Positions 16,627 to 26,195 are shown, numbered from the stretch's first letter. The stretch: 32,000 nt of DNA from Formosa sp. Hel1_33_131 (GCF_001735745.1 NZ_CP017260.1:1260001-1292000), one strand, 5' to 3'. Notes: generated by a model from the letters alone, not told the origin. Numbers and translations: made by a program.

Positions 16627-19206
16627 TTATGCAGAGTTTCGACTCGCATTGATATTCCCAAATAAAGAGCGCATGACAATTTTCTCGTACGTTTCTATCT
16701 GAGCTTCGTCTCTAGGCTCTTCTTTTTCAAGTTCCTGAATTTTCTTTAAGGCATATTGTTGGATCGTTAATAACGGCAATACAATCGATTCTCTAACGGA
16801 GATAGAAGCCTTTCCAGCAGGTTCCTCTTCCATCAACTCCTCATAACCGGTTAGTTTTAATAACAATCGTTTTGTGGTGATGTATTCGCTATAAATGAGA
16901 TTCCAAAAAGCACCGTATTCAGGGTCTTCAGACATGTACTTTGTCAAATCAAAGAAGGATTTAGACAAGGACATCATGCTATTTTCAATCAGTGTTTTGA
17001 AAAAATCTGAGGTTTGAAACAAGTGTTGTGCTTTGTCAAACTCGCCAATGTCTTCATAATGTTTGAGGGCGGTTCCAACGCCAAAGAATCCAGGGACATT
17101 TTGTTTCAACTGACTCCAAGAACCTACAAATGGAATGGCGCGTAAATCTTCAAACACCAAGCCTTCTGCTTTTCCACGTTTTGAAGGACGACTCCCAATA
17201 TTGGTTTTCGCATAAAACTTCAAAGTACTCATGTGTTCTAAGTAAGAAATAAACTTAGGATGCGCTTTAAAATCTACATAGGCCTCATAACTCAATTTAG
17301 ACAACTGCGCCATGACCTCTCTATTTTCAGGCGTCATTCTAAGGTCTTTATCACTAAGACTGTTATGAATTCCAGAGCTGATCAATTGTTCAAGATTGTA
17401 TTGTGAGGAGTCTAAGGTTCCAAAATTTGAACTGATCGTTTGCCCTTGTATGGTAAGCTGCACTTCTTTATCCTCGATTGTAGGTCCTAAAGACGCATAA
17501 AAATTATGTGTTTTTCCACCCCCTCTTGCAGGCGGGCCGCCTCGACCGTCAAAGAAAATTACGGTGATGTCAAATTTTCTAGACATCTCCGTTAGCAATT
17601 CTTTTGCTTTATAAATAGCCCAATTGGCCATTAAATAGCCACCATCTTTTGTACCGTCACTAAACCCAAGCATTATGGTTTGTCTGTTGCCACGTGCTTT
17701 TAGATGTGCCATATAATTAGGATTCGAATACAAATCTTCCATTACGGAAGGTGCATTTTCTAAATCGGTGATCGTTTCAAAAAGAGGCGCCACATCAACC
17801 GTTAGTTTGTCGTGAAAAGCGACCAACTTAAGCATGGCATACAATTGCATCACATGAAGTGTTGTCTGGTTGTTGCTTATAATATAGCGGTTGGCTGCCT
17901 TCTCTCCATTGGTTTGTTGAATGGTTTTTATGGCCTCCATTGTCTTGAGAGCCTTCAATGTATCTTTGTCTGAAATTAATGACAAATCTACTGAGCCTTT
18001 AATTGTCGAAAGAATTTTAATTTGATCTTTTTCTGCTAAGCTGTGGTAGTTTTTAGGAAATACATCGCTACCACTTTCAATCGACACATTTACCATGTCA
18101 TTAAACACTTTGGCGTGTTCGCGACTGTCTTGACGGATGTCTAGAGTAGAAAAATGAAATCCAAATAAATGAATCTTATTTAACAGACTGTTCACTTCAG
18201 AAACATAGAGCGACTGGTGTTTTTCAATAATAGCCTCTTTAATTTCTTTTAACTCTGCGGTTAAATACTCGACTGTTAAGCTCGACTTTTTATGTGTTAT
18301 AATCTTGTAAAGCTCGACTTCCAATGCTGTTATACGCTCTTCGACGCCCGCAAAAGATAATTTTCTTTTTAGTCCGCGGATGTCTCGGTAGTAATTTTTA
18401 ATGATCGTTTCACGAAGTCTCGCCGCCACTTTGAGCGTGATTTCTGGGGTCACAAAAGGATTGCCATCTCTGTCGCCTCCGGGCCAAAAACCAATGTTAA
18501 TAATATCGTTATCAATATGCTTCCCATCAAAAATATTTTGTTGAATGTAATCATAAACGGTTCCAAAAGACTTGTAAAATACATGCTCTAAATACCAAAT
18601 TAGACTGACCGCTTCATCGTAGGGTGTTGGTTTGGTTTGTTTGAAAAAAGGTGTTTTACCGAGTTGTGCTAACAGTTCGTTGATGCGAAATAAATCATTT
18701 TCGCGGATGGCTTCCGTTAAATCGGTGATGATCCCCAATACAGAGCCGGGGTAAAATTGCGTGGGATGCGCCGTGAGCACAATACGCACTTTAAATTCTT
18801 CTAAATATTTTTGTAGAATTTCTAATTTATTTTCAGAGGTAGCGGTTTCTTTTAAACTTCTCAAGGTTCCAATTCCGTCCATATTGTTTACAATAGGAAA
18901 CGCAGCATCTTCAATGGCATCAAACAACACCACTTGACGTTCTATGTACTGTATAAAACGAAACAGTAAATTGATTTGACTTTTAGGCGAGCGTCGGGCT
19001 TGGTATTTTTTAAAAAATGAGTTTACAATTGTGGTAGGGTCTTCATTATTCGCAAATCCTTTTTGACAGGTCTCAAAAAAAAGTGGCAACAACGCGCCTG
19101 TTTTGGTAATGGAATCAAACGGCAAGGTCATAAATATACTGTTGTATATTTGATATTTGGATAATACGTTTTGATTGAACCTGGTAATTTTTGGCTGTGT
19201 GGACAT
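16627..19206 (-). CDS. ppc: phosphoenolpyruvate carboxylase
   Basis: 859 aa with VLTAHPTQF and FFDGRGGPPARGGGKTH motifs characteristic of PEPC. Confidence 0.93.
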   Translation of the reverse strand: MSTQPKITRFNQNVLSKYQIYNSIFMTLPFDSITKTGALLPLFFETCQKGFANNEDPTTIVNSFFKKYQARRSPKSQINLLFRFIQYIERQVVLFDAIEDAAFPIVNNMDGIGTLRSLKETATSENKLEILQKYLEEFKVRIVLTAHPTQFYPGSVLGIITDLTEAIRENDLFRINELLAQLGKTPFFKQTKPTPYDEAVSLIWYLEHVFYKSFGTVYDYIQQNIFDGKHIDNDIINIGFWPGGDRDGNPFVTPEITLKVAARLRETIIKNYYRDIRGLKRKLSFAGVEERITALEVELYKIITHKKSSLTVEYLTAELKEIKEAIIEKHQSLYVSEVNSLLNKIHLFGFHFSTLDIRQDSREHAKVFNDMVNVSIESGSDVFPKNYHSLAEKDQIKILSTIKGSVDLSLISDKDTLKALKTMEAIKTIQQTNGEKAANRYIISNNQTTLHVMQLYAMLKLVAFHDKLTVDVAPLFETITDLENAPSVMEDLYSNPNYMAHLKARGNRQTIMLGFSDGTKDGGYLMANWAIYKAKELLTEMSRKFDITVIFFDGRGGPPARGGGKTHNFYASLGPTIEDKEVQLTIQGQTISSNFGTLDSSQYNLEQLISSGIHNSLSDKDLRMTPENREVMAQLSKLSYEAYVDFKAHPKFISYLEHMSTLKFYAKTNIGSRPSKRGKAEGLVFEDLRAIPFVGSWSQLKQNVPGFFGVGTALKHYEDIGEFDKAQHLFQTSDFFKTLIENSMMSLSKSFFDLTKYMSEDPEYGAFWNLIYSEYITTKRLLLKLTGYEELMEEEPAGKASISVRESIVLPLLTIQQYALKKIQELEKEEPRDEAQIETYEKIVMRSLFGNINASRNSA

Positions 19207-19464
19207 TGCTTAAATACATTTAATTGCGCCCAAAATTACTAAAGCACCACCAATAGTCCTCTATCAAACTGTAATTTTTACGAATATTTATATATTGACT
19301 GACTTCTCAGGGTGAAATCTTAGCAAACCAGAGAAATCCTTCCATATTTTCTAGACATTTCTACAACGGTATTTAAGAATTTAAAAAAGTTGTTTGCTTT
19401 TTGGTATTGATAAATCGTTTGACTTACTGTAAATTTAGGGTTTCTAATTCCTATCTATTTTTTT

Positions 19465-19935
19465 ATGATTGAAATCGAACGTAAATTTTTGGTAAGCTCA
19501 GACGCCTATCGTGCACAAGCGACCTCAGTAATCACGATGACCCAAGGGTATCTAAATTCCGATCCCGAACGGTCTGTCAGGATTCGACTCACGGATCAAA
19601 GTGGTTTTATTACTGTCAAAGGAAAAAGCAATGAAAGCGGTCTCAGTCGGTTTGAGTGGGAAAAAGAAATTTCTAAAACAGAGGCGGAAGCACTTCTTAA
19701 ACTTTGTGAAAAAACCATTATTAGCAAAATCCGTTACGAGGTCGCGGTAGGAAATCAACTGTTTGAAGTCGATGAGTTTTTGGGAGACAACAAAGGCTTG
19801 GTAATGGCTGAAGTGGAGCTTGGCTCAGAGGATGAAAAATTCTCCAAACCCGATTGGCTCGGGGAAGAAGTGACGGGTGACCTAAAATATTATAATTCCA
19901 ATCTCAGTAACGCCCCCTTTTGCAATTGGAAATGA
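19465..19935 (+). CDS. CYTH-domain protein (triphosphate tunnel metalloenzyme / class IV adenylate cyclase-like)
   Basis: 156 aa beginning MIEIERKFLV, the ExExK signature of CYTH. Later acidic/basic strands (VRIRL, FEWEKEI, EVDEF, MAEVEL) fit the tunnel fold. Confidence 0.85.
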   Translation: MIEIERKFLVSSDAYRAQATSVITMTQGYLNSDPERSVRIRLTDQSGFITVKGKSNESGLSRFEWEKEISKTEAEALLKLCEKTIISKIRYEVAVGNQLFEVDEFLGDNKGLVMAEVELGSEDEKFSKPDWLGEEVTGDLKYYNSNLSNAPFCNWK

Positions 19936-20008
19936 TTGAATAATTAGCATAAAAGTGGGGGTAAAATTATTATATTCGCAACTTGAAACGACTTTAAAAA
20001 CGACACAA

Positions 20009-21562
20009 ATGAACACAAACTCAACTGATTTTAAAATCCAAGAAGCACTGGATGCTCTTGGTGTAAAAGACATAAATTTAGGAACGTCCACGGGCGCAAA
20101 TAGTTTTTCTAACGGGCCTAGTATCGACAGTTTTTCTCCTGTAGATGGTAAAAGAATTGGAAGTGTGGTTTGCACTTCTCAAGAAGATTATGAAGCAGTG
20201 ATGGCAGCGGCAACGGCTGCATACCCAGAGTGGCGAACCATGCCTGCACCTCAACGTGGCGAAATTGTGCGTCAGTTTGGAAACAAGCTAAGAGATTTAA
20301 AAGAACCCCTTGGGAAATTGGTGTCTTATGAAATGGGGAAATCCCTTCAGGAAGGCTATGGAGAGGTTCAAGAAATGATTGATATCTGTGATTTTGCGGT
20401 TGGATTGTCTCGACAGTTAAACGGACAGACGATTCCTTCTGAGCGTCCTGGCCACGTGATGCGAGAGCAATGGCATCCGATTGGTGTGGTGGGTATTATC
20501 TCTGCGTTTAATTTTCCAGTGGCTGTTTGGGCTTGGAATACGGCTTTGGCTTGGATCTGTGGCGATGTATGTGTGTGGAAAGGTTCTGAAAAAGCGCCTT
20601 TATGCTCTATTGCCTGTCAGAATATTATTGCTGAAATTTTAAAAGAAAATAACTTGCCTGAAGGAATTTCTTCAATCATCAATGGCGATTACAAAGTGGG
20701 TGAAATGATGACGACGGACACGAGAGTGCCTTTAGTGTCTGCGACCGGTTCTACAAGAATGGGAAGAATTGTTGGTGCCACGGTTGCTCAACGCTTTGGA
20801 AAATCGTTGTTGGAATTAGGAGGAAATAATGCGATTATTATCACGCCAACCGCCGATTTAAAAGTGGTGGTGCCTGGTGCTATTTTTGGTGCGGTAGGAA
20901 CTTGCGGACAACGTTGTACTTCTACACGACGACTCATTATTCACGAGTCTGTATATGATAAAGTAAGGGATGCGATTGTGGGTGCTTATGGGCAGTTAAC
21001 CATTGGAAATCCTTTGGATGAAAAAAACCATATTGGGCCCTTGATCGATCATGATTCTGTAAATACATATTTAGCGGCTATTGAAAAAGCAAAAGCTGAA
21101 GGCGGTACTGTATTGGTTGATGGTGGTGTTTTAGAAGGTGAAGGTTATGAAAGTGGCTGTTATGTGAAGCCAGCGATTATTGAAGCTGAAAACCATTTTG
21201 AGATTGTACAGCATGAAACGTTTGCGCCTATCTTATATTTAATGAAATATTCTGGGGCGGTAGAAAATGCCATCCAAAAACAAAACGGTGTTGCGCAAGG
21301 CTTGTCTTCTGCGATTATGACCAACGAGCTTAAAGAGGCTGAAAAGTTCTTGTCTTATGCAGGTTCTGACTGTGGAATTGCCAATGTAAATATTGGAACT
21401 TCTGGAGCAGAAATTGGCGGTGCTTTTGGTGGTGAAAAAGAAACAGGAGGCGGACGTGAGTCTGGTTCTGATGCATGGAAAGTGTATATGCGACGTCAAA
21501 CAAATACCATTAATTATTCGGATGAATTGCCTTTGGCACAAGGGATTAAGTTCGATTTGTAA
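20009..21562 (+). CDS. aldehyde dehydrogenase, ALDH7 / aminoadipate-semialdehyde (piperideine-6-carboxylate) dehydrogenase-like
   Basis: The ORF track starts at GTG 19955. The ATG at 20009 (MNTNSTDFKIQEALDALGV...) gives 517 aa. Catalytic motifs LELGGNNA and GAVGTCGQRCTSTRR are present. Confidence 0.88.
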   Translation: MNTNSTDFKIQEALDALGVKDINLGTSTGANSFSNGPSIDSFSPVDGKRIGSVVCTSQEDYEAVMAAATAAYPEWRTMPAPQRGEIVRQFGNKLRDLKEPLGKLVSYEMGKSLQEGYGEVQEMIDICDFAVGLSRQLNGQTIPSERPGHVMREQWHPIGVVGIISAFNFPVAVWAWNTALAWICGDVCVWKGSEKAPLCSIACQNIIAEILKENNLPEGISSIINGDYKVGEMMTTDTRVPLVSATGSTRMGRIVGATVAQRFGKSLLELGGNNAIIITPTADLKVVVPGAIFGAVGTCGQRCTSTRRLIIHESVYDKVRDAIVGAYGQLTIGNPLDEKNHIGPLIDHDSVNTYLAAIEKAKAEGGTVLVDGGVLEGEGYESGCYVKPAIIEAENHFEIVQHETFAPILYLMKYSGAVENAIQKQNGVAQGLSSAIMTNELKEAEKFLSYAGSDCGIANVNIGTSGAEIGGAFGGEKETGGGRESGSDAWKVYMRRQTNTINYSDELPLAQGIKFDL

Positions 21563-21600
21563 CTTCCGATTTACGAATAAACGTTAAACTATTCAATGAC

Positions 21601-21632
21601 AAAAGCCACCAGTTTTCACGGGTGGCTTTTTT
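21601..21632 (+). terminator. rho-independent terminator after the aldehyde dehydrogenase
   Basis: AAAAGCCACC (21601-21610), a 10-nt loop, GGTGGCTTTT (21621-21630), then TT. Confidence 0.8.
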
Positions 21633-21664
21633 GTTTCATTTTTTTTTTGTAGTTTGCAAACGCC

Positions 21665-22828
21665 ATGAATCTGATACAATATCCTACTATTTATCTTGAA
21701 CAAAAAACGCACAAAAAAGAAAGTCAGCTTTTACTGAAATTTTCTTTTGACAACACGTTAATAGGGCTTATTAAATCTATAAGAGGCACTCATTGGAGTA
21801 AAACCATGAATGCTTGGTACCTTAAAAATTCCGAAGAGAATTTATCACTTATTTTAGAATTATTTAAAGGTGTTACTAAGGTAGATACCTCAAAAGTTAT
21901 CAAAAAAACACACTTCAAAAGAAACTTAACAGAATCACAAAGAAAATTGTTAAATGCTTTTTATTTATTCTTGAAAGGTAAACGGTACAGCAAAAGCACC
22001 ATACAAACCTATACTTTTTTTATAGCAGACTTTATAAATTTTCATACAAAGACACCCATAGAAGAACTTACAAACAGAGATGTAGAACTATTTATAGAAA
22101 CCGTTTTTATAGAACGAAAGTATTCTGTTAGTTCGCAAAGACAATTTATAAGTGCCTTAAAGATATTTACTACTTTTTGTCCGCAAACAAAGATTAATGA
22201 TTTGTCTTTAGAGCGACCAAAAAAATCTAGAATACTTCCTAATATATTGTCTCAAGAAGAGGTGATAAGAATTATACAATACACACAAAACATAAAGCAT
22301 AGGGCTATTTTAACTTTAATATATTCTTGTGGATTGCGAATAGGAGAGCTTATCAATTTAAAATTAGTTGATTTTCATATTGAAAGAAAGCAACTTATTG
22401 TAAAAGAAGGAAAAGGCAGAAAAGACAGGTTTGTAAGTCTAGCAGATAGTTTTCTCCCGTTGTTATCTAACTATTATTCTTCTTATAAACCAACAATCTA
22501 TTTTGTTGAAGGACAAAATGGAGGTAAGTATAGTGCTGAAAGTATTCGAAGTTTTTTAAGAAAAAGCTGTAAAAAGGCAGGTATAAAAAAGCCTGTAACA
22601 CCACATACATTAAGGCATAGTTATGCTACACATTTGTTAGAAAATGGAGTAGATTTAAGATACATACAATCTTTATTGGGTCATTCAAAACCCGAAACTA
22701 CTATGATTTATACCCATGTACAAAGAAAAGATTTAATGGAAATACAAAATCCTTTGGATGTGGCATTACAAAAATTAAATAAAATAAATAATAACAAACA
22801 AAAAGTTGTGTTATCCCGTAATATATAA
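21665..22828 (+). CDS. tyrosine-type site-specific recombinase/integrase heading the accessory island
   Basis: 387 aa. Catalytic residues are all readable: R in CGLRIGELINL, K in EGKGRKDRFVSL, H-x-x-R in HTLRHSYATHL, H in LLGHSKPETT and Y in MIYTHV. An N-terminal SAM-like/core-binding region precedes them. Confidence 0.92.
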   Translation: MNLIQYPTIYLEQKTHKKESQLLLKFSFDNTLIGLIKSIRGTHWSKTMNAWYLKNSEENLSLILELFKGVTKVDTSKVIKKTHFKRNLTESQRKLLNAFYLFLKGKRYSKSTIQTYTFFIADFINFHTKTPIEELTNRDVELFIETVFIERKYSVSSQRQFISALKIFTTFCPQTKINDLSLERPKKSRILPNILSQEEVIRIIQYTQNIKHRAILTLIYSCGLRIGELINLKLVDFHIERKQLIVKEGKGRKDRFVSLADSFLPLLSNYYSSYKPTIYFVEGQNGGKYSAESIRSFLRKSCKKAGIKKPVTPHTLRHSYATHLLENGVDLRYIQSLLGHSKPETTMIYTHVQRKDLMEIQNPLDVALQKLNKINNNKQKVVLSRNI

Positions 22829-22838
22829 CCGTTAACAC
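22826..22838 (+). other. minimal TAAC-C-GTTA-ACAC junction overlapping the recombinase stop codon (attI-like candidate)
   Basis: TAACCGTTAACAC. TAAC/GTTA form an inverted pair around one base. The following TAACAC matches the first 6 nt of the left ends of the 188/189-bp elements. Confidence 0.35.
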
Positions 22839-22884
22839 ACCCTTTTGTTGACATATAACTAGTTACCCATCATTAAAAAAAACT

Positions 22885-23484
22885 ATGATTTGGAATAAAC
22901 TTCCACATTGCGATAAATTATTTGAGAAGTTTCTCAGTCCTTGGTATCCAGAAAACGAGAGACCAAAAATGACTCGTCCGGATATGTGTGTAATATCAGG
23001 GTATGAAGACAAAACCTTGGACATTGACAAAATCCAATATCTAACCAAAGAAGGCTTAAAGGAGACAAAAGATATTTTTAATACCATGAGAGAATCCTAT
23101 CAAAGAGACTTTCAAAATTTCAAAGAATTCAAAGAACTGGATTTGGACGTAATAGATTCAGTTGACAAAGCATTTGATAAAAAAGAAGTAAAAGAGCTCA
23201 TCAAAATGAGTGACCCTAAAGATTTCGGAAACGGGTACTTAGTTACTGTTTGTGAATTCGGTTTGGCTCTTGGTGACTTATTCGTCCAAACTGGAAAATT
23301 TAAATGGCTTTATTCATATCCATATTTTCATTCAATTGTTGTCAACCCTGAAACAGGACAAGGAATAACAGTGTTTGATTGGGCTGTTAAAAAATTCAGT
23401 TCTTATGGAATCGATGATGGCTATAAATGGAAGTTTATGAAAGTAATGGAATTGATAGAAGAAGACATTAAAAACGTTGGGTAA
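22885..23484 (+). CDS. hypothetical protein, first cassette-like ORF
   Basis: 199-aa ORF on the array strand with no family recognised by eye. Its TAA stop (23482-23484) is the first 3 nt of repeat element 23482-23669. Confidence 0.7.
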   Translation: MIWNKLPHCDKLFEKFLSPWYPENERPKMTRPDMCVISGYEDKTLDIDKIQYLTKEGLKETKDIFNTMRESYQRDFQNFKEFKELDLDVIDSVDKAFDKKEVKELIKMSDPKDFGNGYLVTVCEFGLALGDLFVQTGKFKWLYSYPYFHSIVVNPETGQGITVFDWAVKKFSSYGIDDGYKWKFMKVMELIEEDIKNVG

Positions 23485-23669
23485 CACTGTATATAGCAAA
23501 TAGGGCGTTCGGTGGTTTACGAGAGTTCATTGCTATTTACCAACACCACCAAATCGTTGATTTGGCTTTTAAAATGAATAAATTAAAAACAAAATACAAC
23601 GCTTTGGCTCAGTGCAAACTTGAAAGTTTATCACTTTCTACTGCCCTACATGCCTTATACTAAACGTTA
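23482..23669 (+). repeat. 188-bp element with imperfect terminal inverted repeats (attC-like candidate), copy 1
   Basis: Left end is TAACACTGTATATAGCAAATAGGGC (23482-23506) and right end is GCCCTACATGCCTTATACTAAACGTTA (23643-23669). It is homologous end to end with 30487-30675. Confidence 0.75.
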
Positions 23670-23837
23670 TACCCAATTCAAAAAATATTTTCCTAAGAGA
23701 TAAAACAATGATAGACTTTCTAAAGGGGAAATAGATTTGATTTTTTCTAAAACAAAAGAAGGAGGGATAATAGATTTCTCCGCTACCGCTTCGAAATGAA
23801 TAATTTTATAAATTTTTAATTTTTAACCTTAATTACT

Positions 23838-24440
23838 ATGATAAATATTTTTAATAAGTTTTTTGAAAAAAAATATATGCTTGAAAAAACAAGTAAAATG
23901 TTAGATGAGAATGTATTTTGGGATATCATTGATTTGTCTTTAAAAAATACAAATAATAAAGATAGTCAAGAAATTTTTTTAGTTAAAGAAATTCAAAAGT
24001 TAAGTCCAGAAGAAATAATTGGTTTTAGACTCAGGACTGATAAATTGTTATATGACACTTATAACTCAGAAATGTGGTGCGCAGGATATTTGATGAACGG
24101 AGGTTGTTCCGATGATGGGTTTGAATATTTTAGAAATTGGGTTATTTCAAGAGGAAAAGATACTTATTATAATGCTAAAAATAATTCTGATTCACTAATC
24201 AGTGAAATAGCAGATGAAGATGAATATGAATATGATTTTGAAAGTTTTTGGTATGTTGCATTAACTGCATTTGAAAACAAAACAGGAAAAGAATTATATG
24301 ATTATATATCAGATGACTTTAAAACAAATGAAGGAAATTATCCTCAATTTGAATTTAATTGGGAAGAAGAAAAACCTGAAACCATGAAGTCTATATGCCC
24401 CAAGTTATTTGAAAAGTTTTGGAATTTCAAATTAGTTTAA
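23838..24440 (+). CDS. DUF4240-like protein
   Basis: 200 aa. FWDIIDLS near the N-terminus and EMWCAGYLMNGGCSDDGFEYFRNWVISRGKDTYYNA match my memory of the DUF4240 signature. Confidence 0.8.
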   Translation: MINIFNKFFEKKYMLEKTSKMLDENVFWDIIDLSLKNTNNKDSQEIFLVKEIQKLSPEEIIGFRLRTDKLLYDTYNSEMWCAGYLMNGGCSDDGFEYFRNWVISRGKDTYYNAKNNSDSLISEIADEDEYEYDFESFWYVALTAFENKTGKELYDYISDDFKTNEGNYPQFEFNWEEEKPETMKSICPKLFEKFWNFKLV

Positions 24441-24450
24441 GTAAAATAAC

Positions 24451-24981
24451 ATGAGCAAGACAGCTGCTGAGCTAATGGCTGAATTAGCAAACAATAAAGA
24501 GTATCTAGATAAGAAAAAAAGGCAAGATGAGAAATTTGCTAATTTAGAAAAAATTTATACTGAAGATGAGCGTAAATTAGTTGCCGAATTAAGTAAATCG
24601 GGCTATCCAGTTCGATCGGTTTGGGATTTTGTTAATTCTGATAATTACTATTTAGGCGCAGTGCCTATTTTAATAAATCATTTGAAGGCTAAGCATCACC
24701 CTAAAATACTAGCTGGATTGGCGAGGTCATTGGCAGTTGCTGAGCTTTCAAGCAACGATGAACTTTGGGAGCTATTATTAAATCTTTATGATCAGACTCT
24801 TTCAGATTCTGAAATTAGTGTTCCAGAAGAACGTGGTGCGCAAGAATCCATCGCCGTAGCACTAGAATGCTTAGCTATCAGCTCCAGAGCTGATGGTCTT
24901 AAGAAACTTATAAGCAGAAATCCCAAAGGAGATGGAGTTCGCTGGCTTAAAGATAAATTAAAATATTTTTGTCAAAATTAA
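24451..24981 (+). CDS. hypothetical protein, helical-repeat-like
   Basis: 176-aa ORF, 10 nt after the previous stop on the same strand. No family recognised by eye. Confidence 0.7.
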   Translation: MSKTAAELMAELANNKEYLDKKKRQDEKFANLEKIYTEDERKLVAELSKSGYPVRSVWDFVNSDNYYLGAVPILINHLKAKHHPKILAGLARSLAVAELSSNDELWELLLNLYDQTLSDSEISVPEERGAQESIAVALECLAISSRADGLKKLISRNPKGDGVRWLKDKLKYFCQN

Positions 24982-24991
24982 CATTCAAATC

Positions 24992-25477
24992 ATGAACAAA
25001 AGAACTGTTACAAAAGTCGGTGATATTTTTGAAGTAGTAATCGAAGAGGGTTATAAAAAATATATTCAATTGGTTGCCATAGATAGCCATCAATTAAATA
25101 GTGATGTTATTTGTGTTTTTGAAACAAAATATCGTTTCGACGAAAAACCATCAATTGATTTAATCACTTCAGATAGAATGGATTTCTATACACATACAAC
25201 AGTTAGCGCAGGGGTAAAATGGCTGGATTGGGTAAAAATAGGAAGAAGTGATGAATTAGGGCGGTTAGATAATTTAATTTTTAAACACACAGATGACTAC
25301 GGACATGGAGTAGAGCAATCTAACTTTTGGAGAGTATGGGGAGTAAGTGGTAAAATTTATCGCATAGGAAATCTTACAGATCAATATCGAAAGACTGAGT
25401 ATGGCCTTATTTTCTCCCCGGAAAGTGTGGTCGAAAGAATGCGTACAGGAGAGGTTGACCCATACTACCCCGGCTGA
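24992..25477 (+). CDS. hypothetical protein, possible polymorphic-toxin immunity protein (K-x-GDIF N-terminus)
   Basis: 161-aa ORF, 10 nt after the previous stop. The N-terminal TKVGDIFEVVIEEG motif resembles PKKGDIFFINIDGVG in ORF 26907-27395. The Imm26-like assignment is from memory only. Confidence 0.7.
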   Translation: MNKRTVTKVGDIFEVVIEEGYKKYIQLVAIDSHQLNSDVICVFETKYRFDEKPSIDLITSDRMDFYTHTTVSAGVKWLDWVKIGRSDELGRLDNLIFKHTDDYGHGVEQSNFWRVWGVSGKIYRIGNLTDQYRKTEYGLIFSPESVVERMRTGEVDPYYPG

Positions 25478-25635
25478 TTGGTAATTTTTCCGTAAAATGA
25501 CTGATGTGAGATGCAAAAATTGCTCAAAGAAAATTTTATGAACTTAAAAGAGCTCGATATATGTTAAACTTTAATACTATTTATTTAGATGAGTCTGATA
25601 GAAAAACGAATAATTTCTAAAACCTATAAACAAGC

Positions 25636-26169
25636 ATGTTCAAAACAATACAATTCAAAGATGTTTTCCCAGAGCATTTTGGTTTCTTTCTGATGAGTCC
25701 TAAAAAACTGTCAACTTTTCATGATTTTGGTATAGAAGGTAAAAACCTTCTAGAAATTTACTCCAATTCAGACTTAGGGGATAAAGTAACTGAAGAGGGT
25801 ATTATCATTCCTATTTTGGAAGTTGAAGCTGATTATTATGATATAATTATTCATGATAAAGCAGAAGCAAGTTATATAGAAGACACCAAGAGAGCTTTCT
25901 CCTCACAAGGATGGATATTTTTTTCTACTGGAGAATTAATTTTTTCGAGTATTTCTCTTTTACTTAAGTGGGACTCAGACCATCCAAAGCTTTGTAATGC
26001 AAACCTTCCTAAAGGCTGGTACGAAGTATCTATTTATGGAGGGCTGGTTAAAGAAACCCCCACCTTTGAATTTGTATTTACTAAGTCTGATAAAAAACCT
26101 CAATACAATGGAAACTTAAATGAATTAAACCTCCGAGGTGTAGGAGTTTATAAAGTTAAAGAATTGTAA
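25636..26169 (+). CDS. hypothetical protein; weak resemblance to ComJ/Nin-type nuclease-inhibitor immunity proteins
   Basis: 177-aa ORF. The segments FPEHFGFFLM and LPKGWYEVSIYGG recall the ComJ pattern (QFTVF ... LPKGDYQL) as I remember it. This is unverified. Confidence 0.65.
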   Translation: MFKTIQFKDVFPEHFGFFLMSPKKLSTFHDFGIEGKNLLEIYSNSDLGDKVTEEGIIIPILEVEADYYDIIIHDKAEASYIEDTKRAFSSQGWIFFSTGELIFSSISLLLKWDSDHPKLCNANLPKGWYEVSIYGGLVKETPTFEFVFTKSDKKPQYNGNLNELNLRGVGVYKVKEL

Positions 26170-26195
26170 TTTATGTTAAAATTAATATTCAGATT

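Noticed and set aside
21578-21586. TAAACGTTA between the aldehyde dehydrogenase stop and its terminator, identical to the 9-mer at the right end of element copy 1; possible left boundary of the island
   Set aside because: A 9-mer match in AT-rich DNA can occur by chance (AACGTT appears several times in core genes). None of the extended arm sequence (GTATA...TAGGGC) accompanies it.
23574-23663. 29-aa ORF (MNKLKTKYNALAQCKLESLSLSTALHALY) inside repeat element copy 1
   Set aside because: It is short and lies within a repeat whose second copy does not preserve the reading frame, so there is no support for coding.
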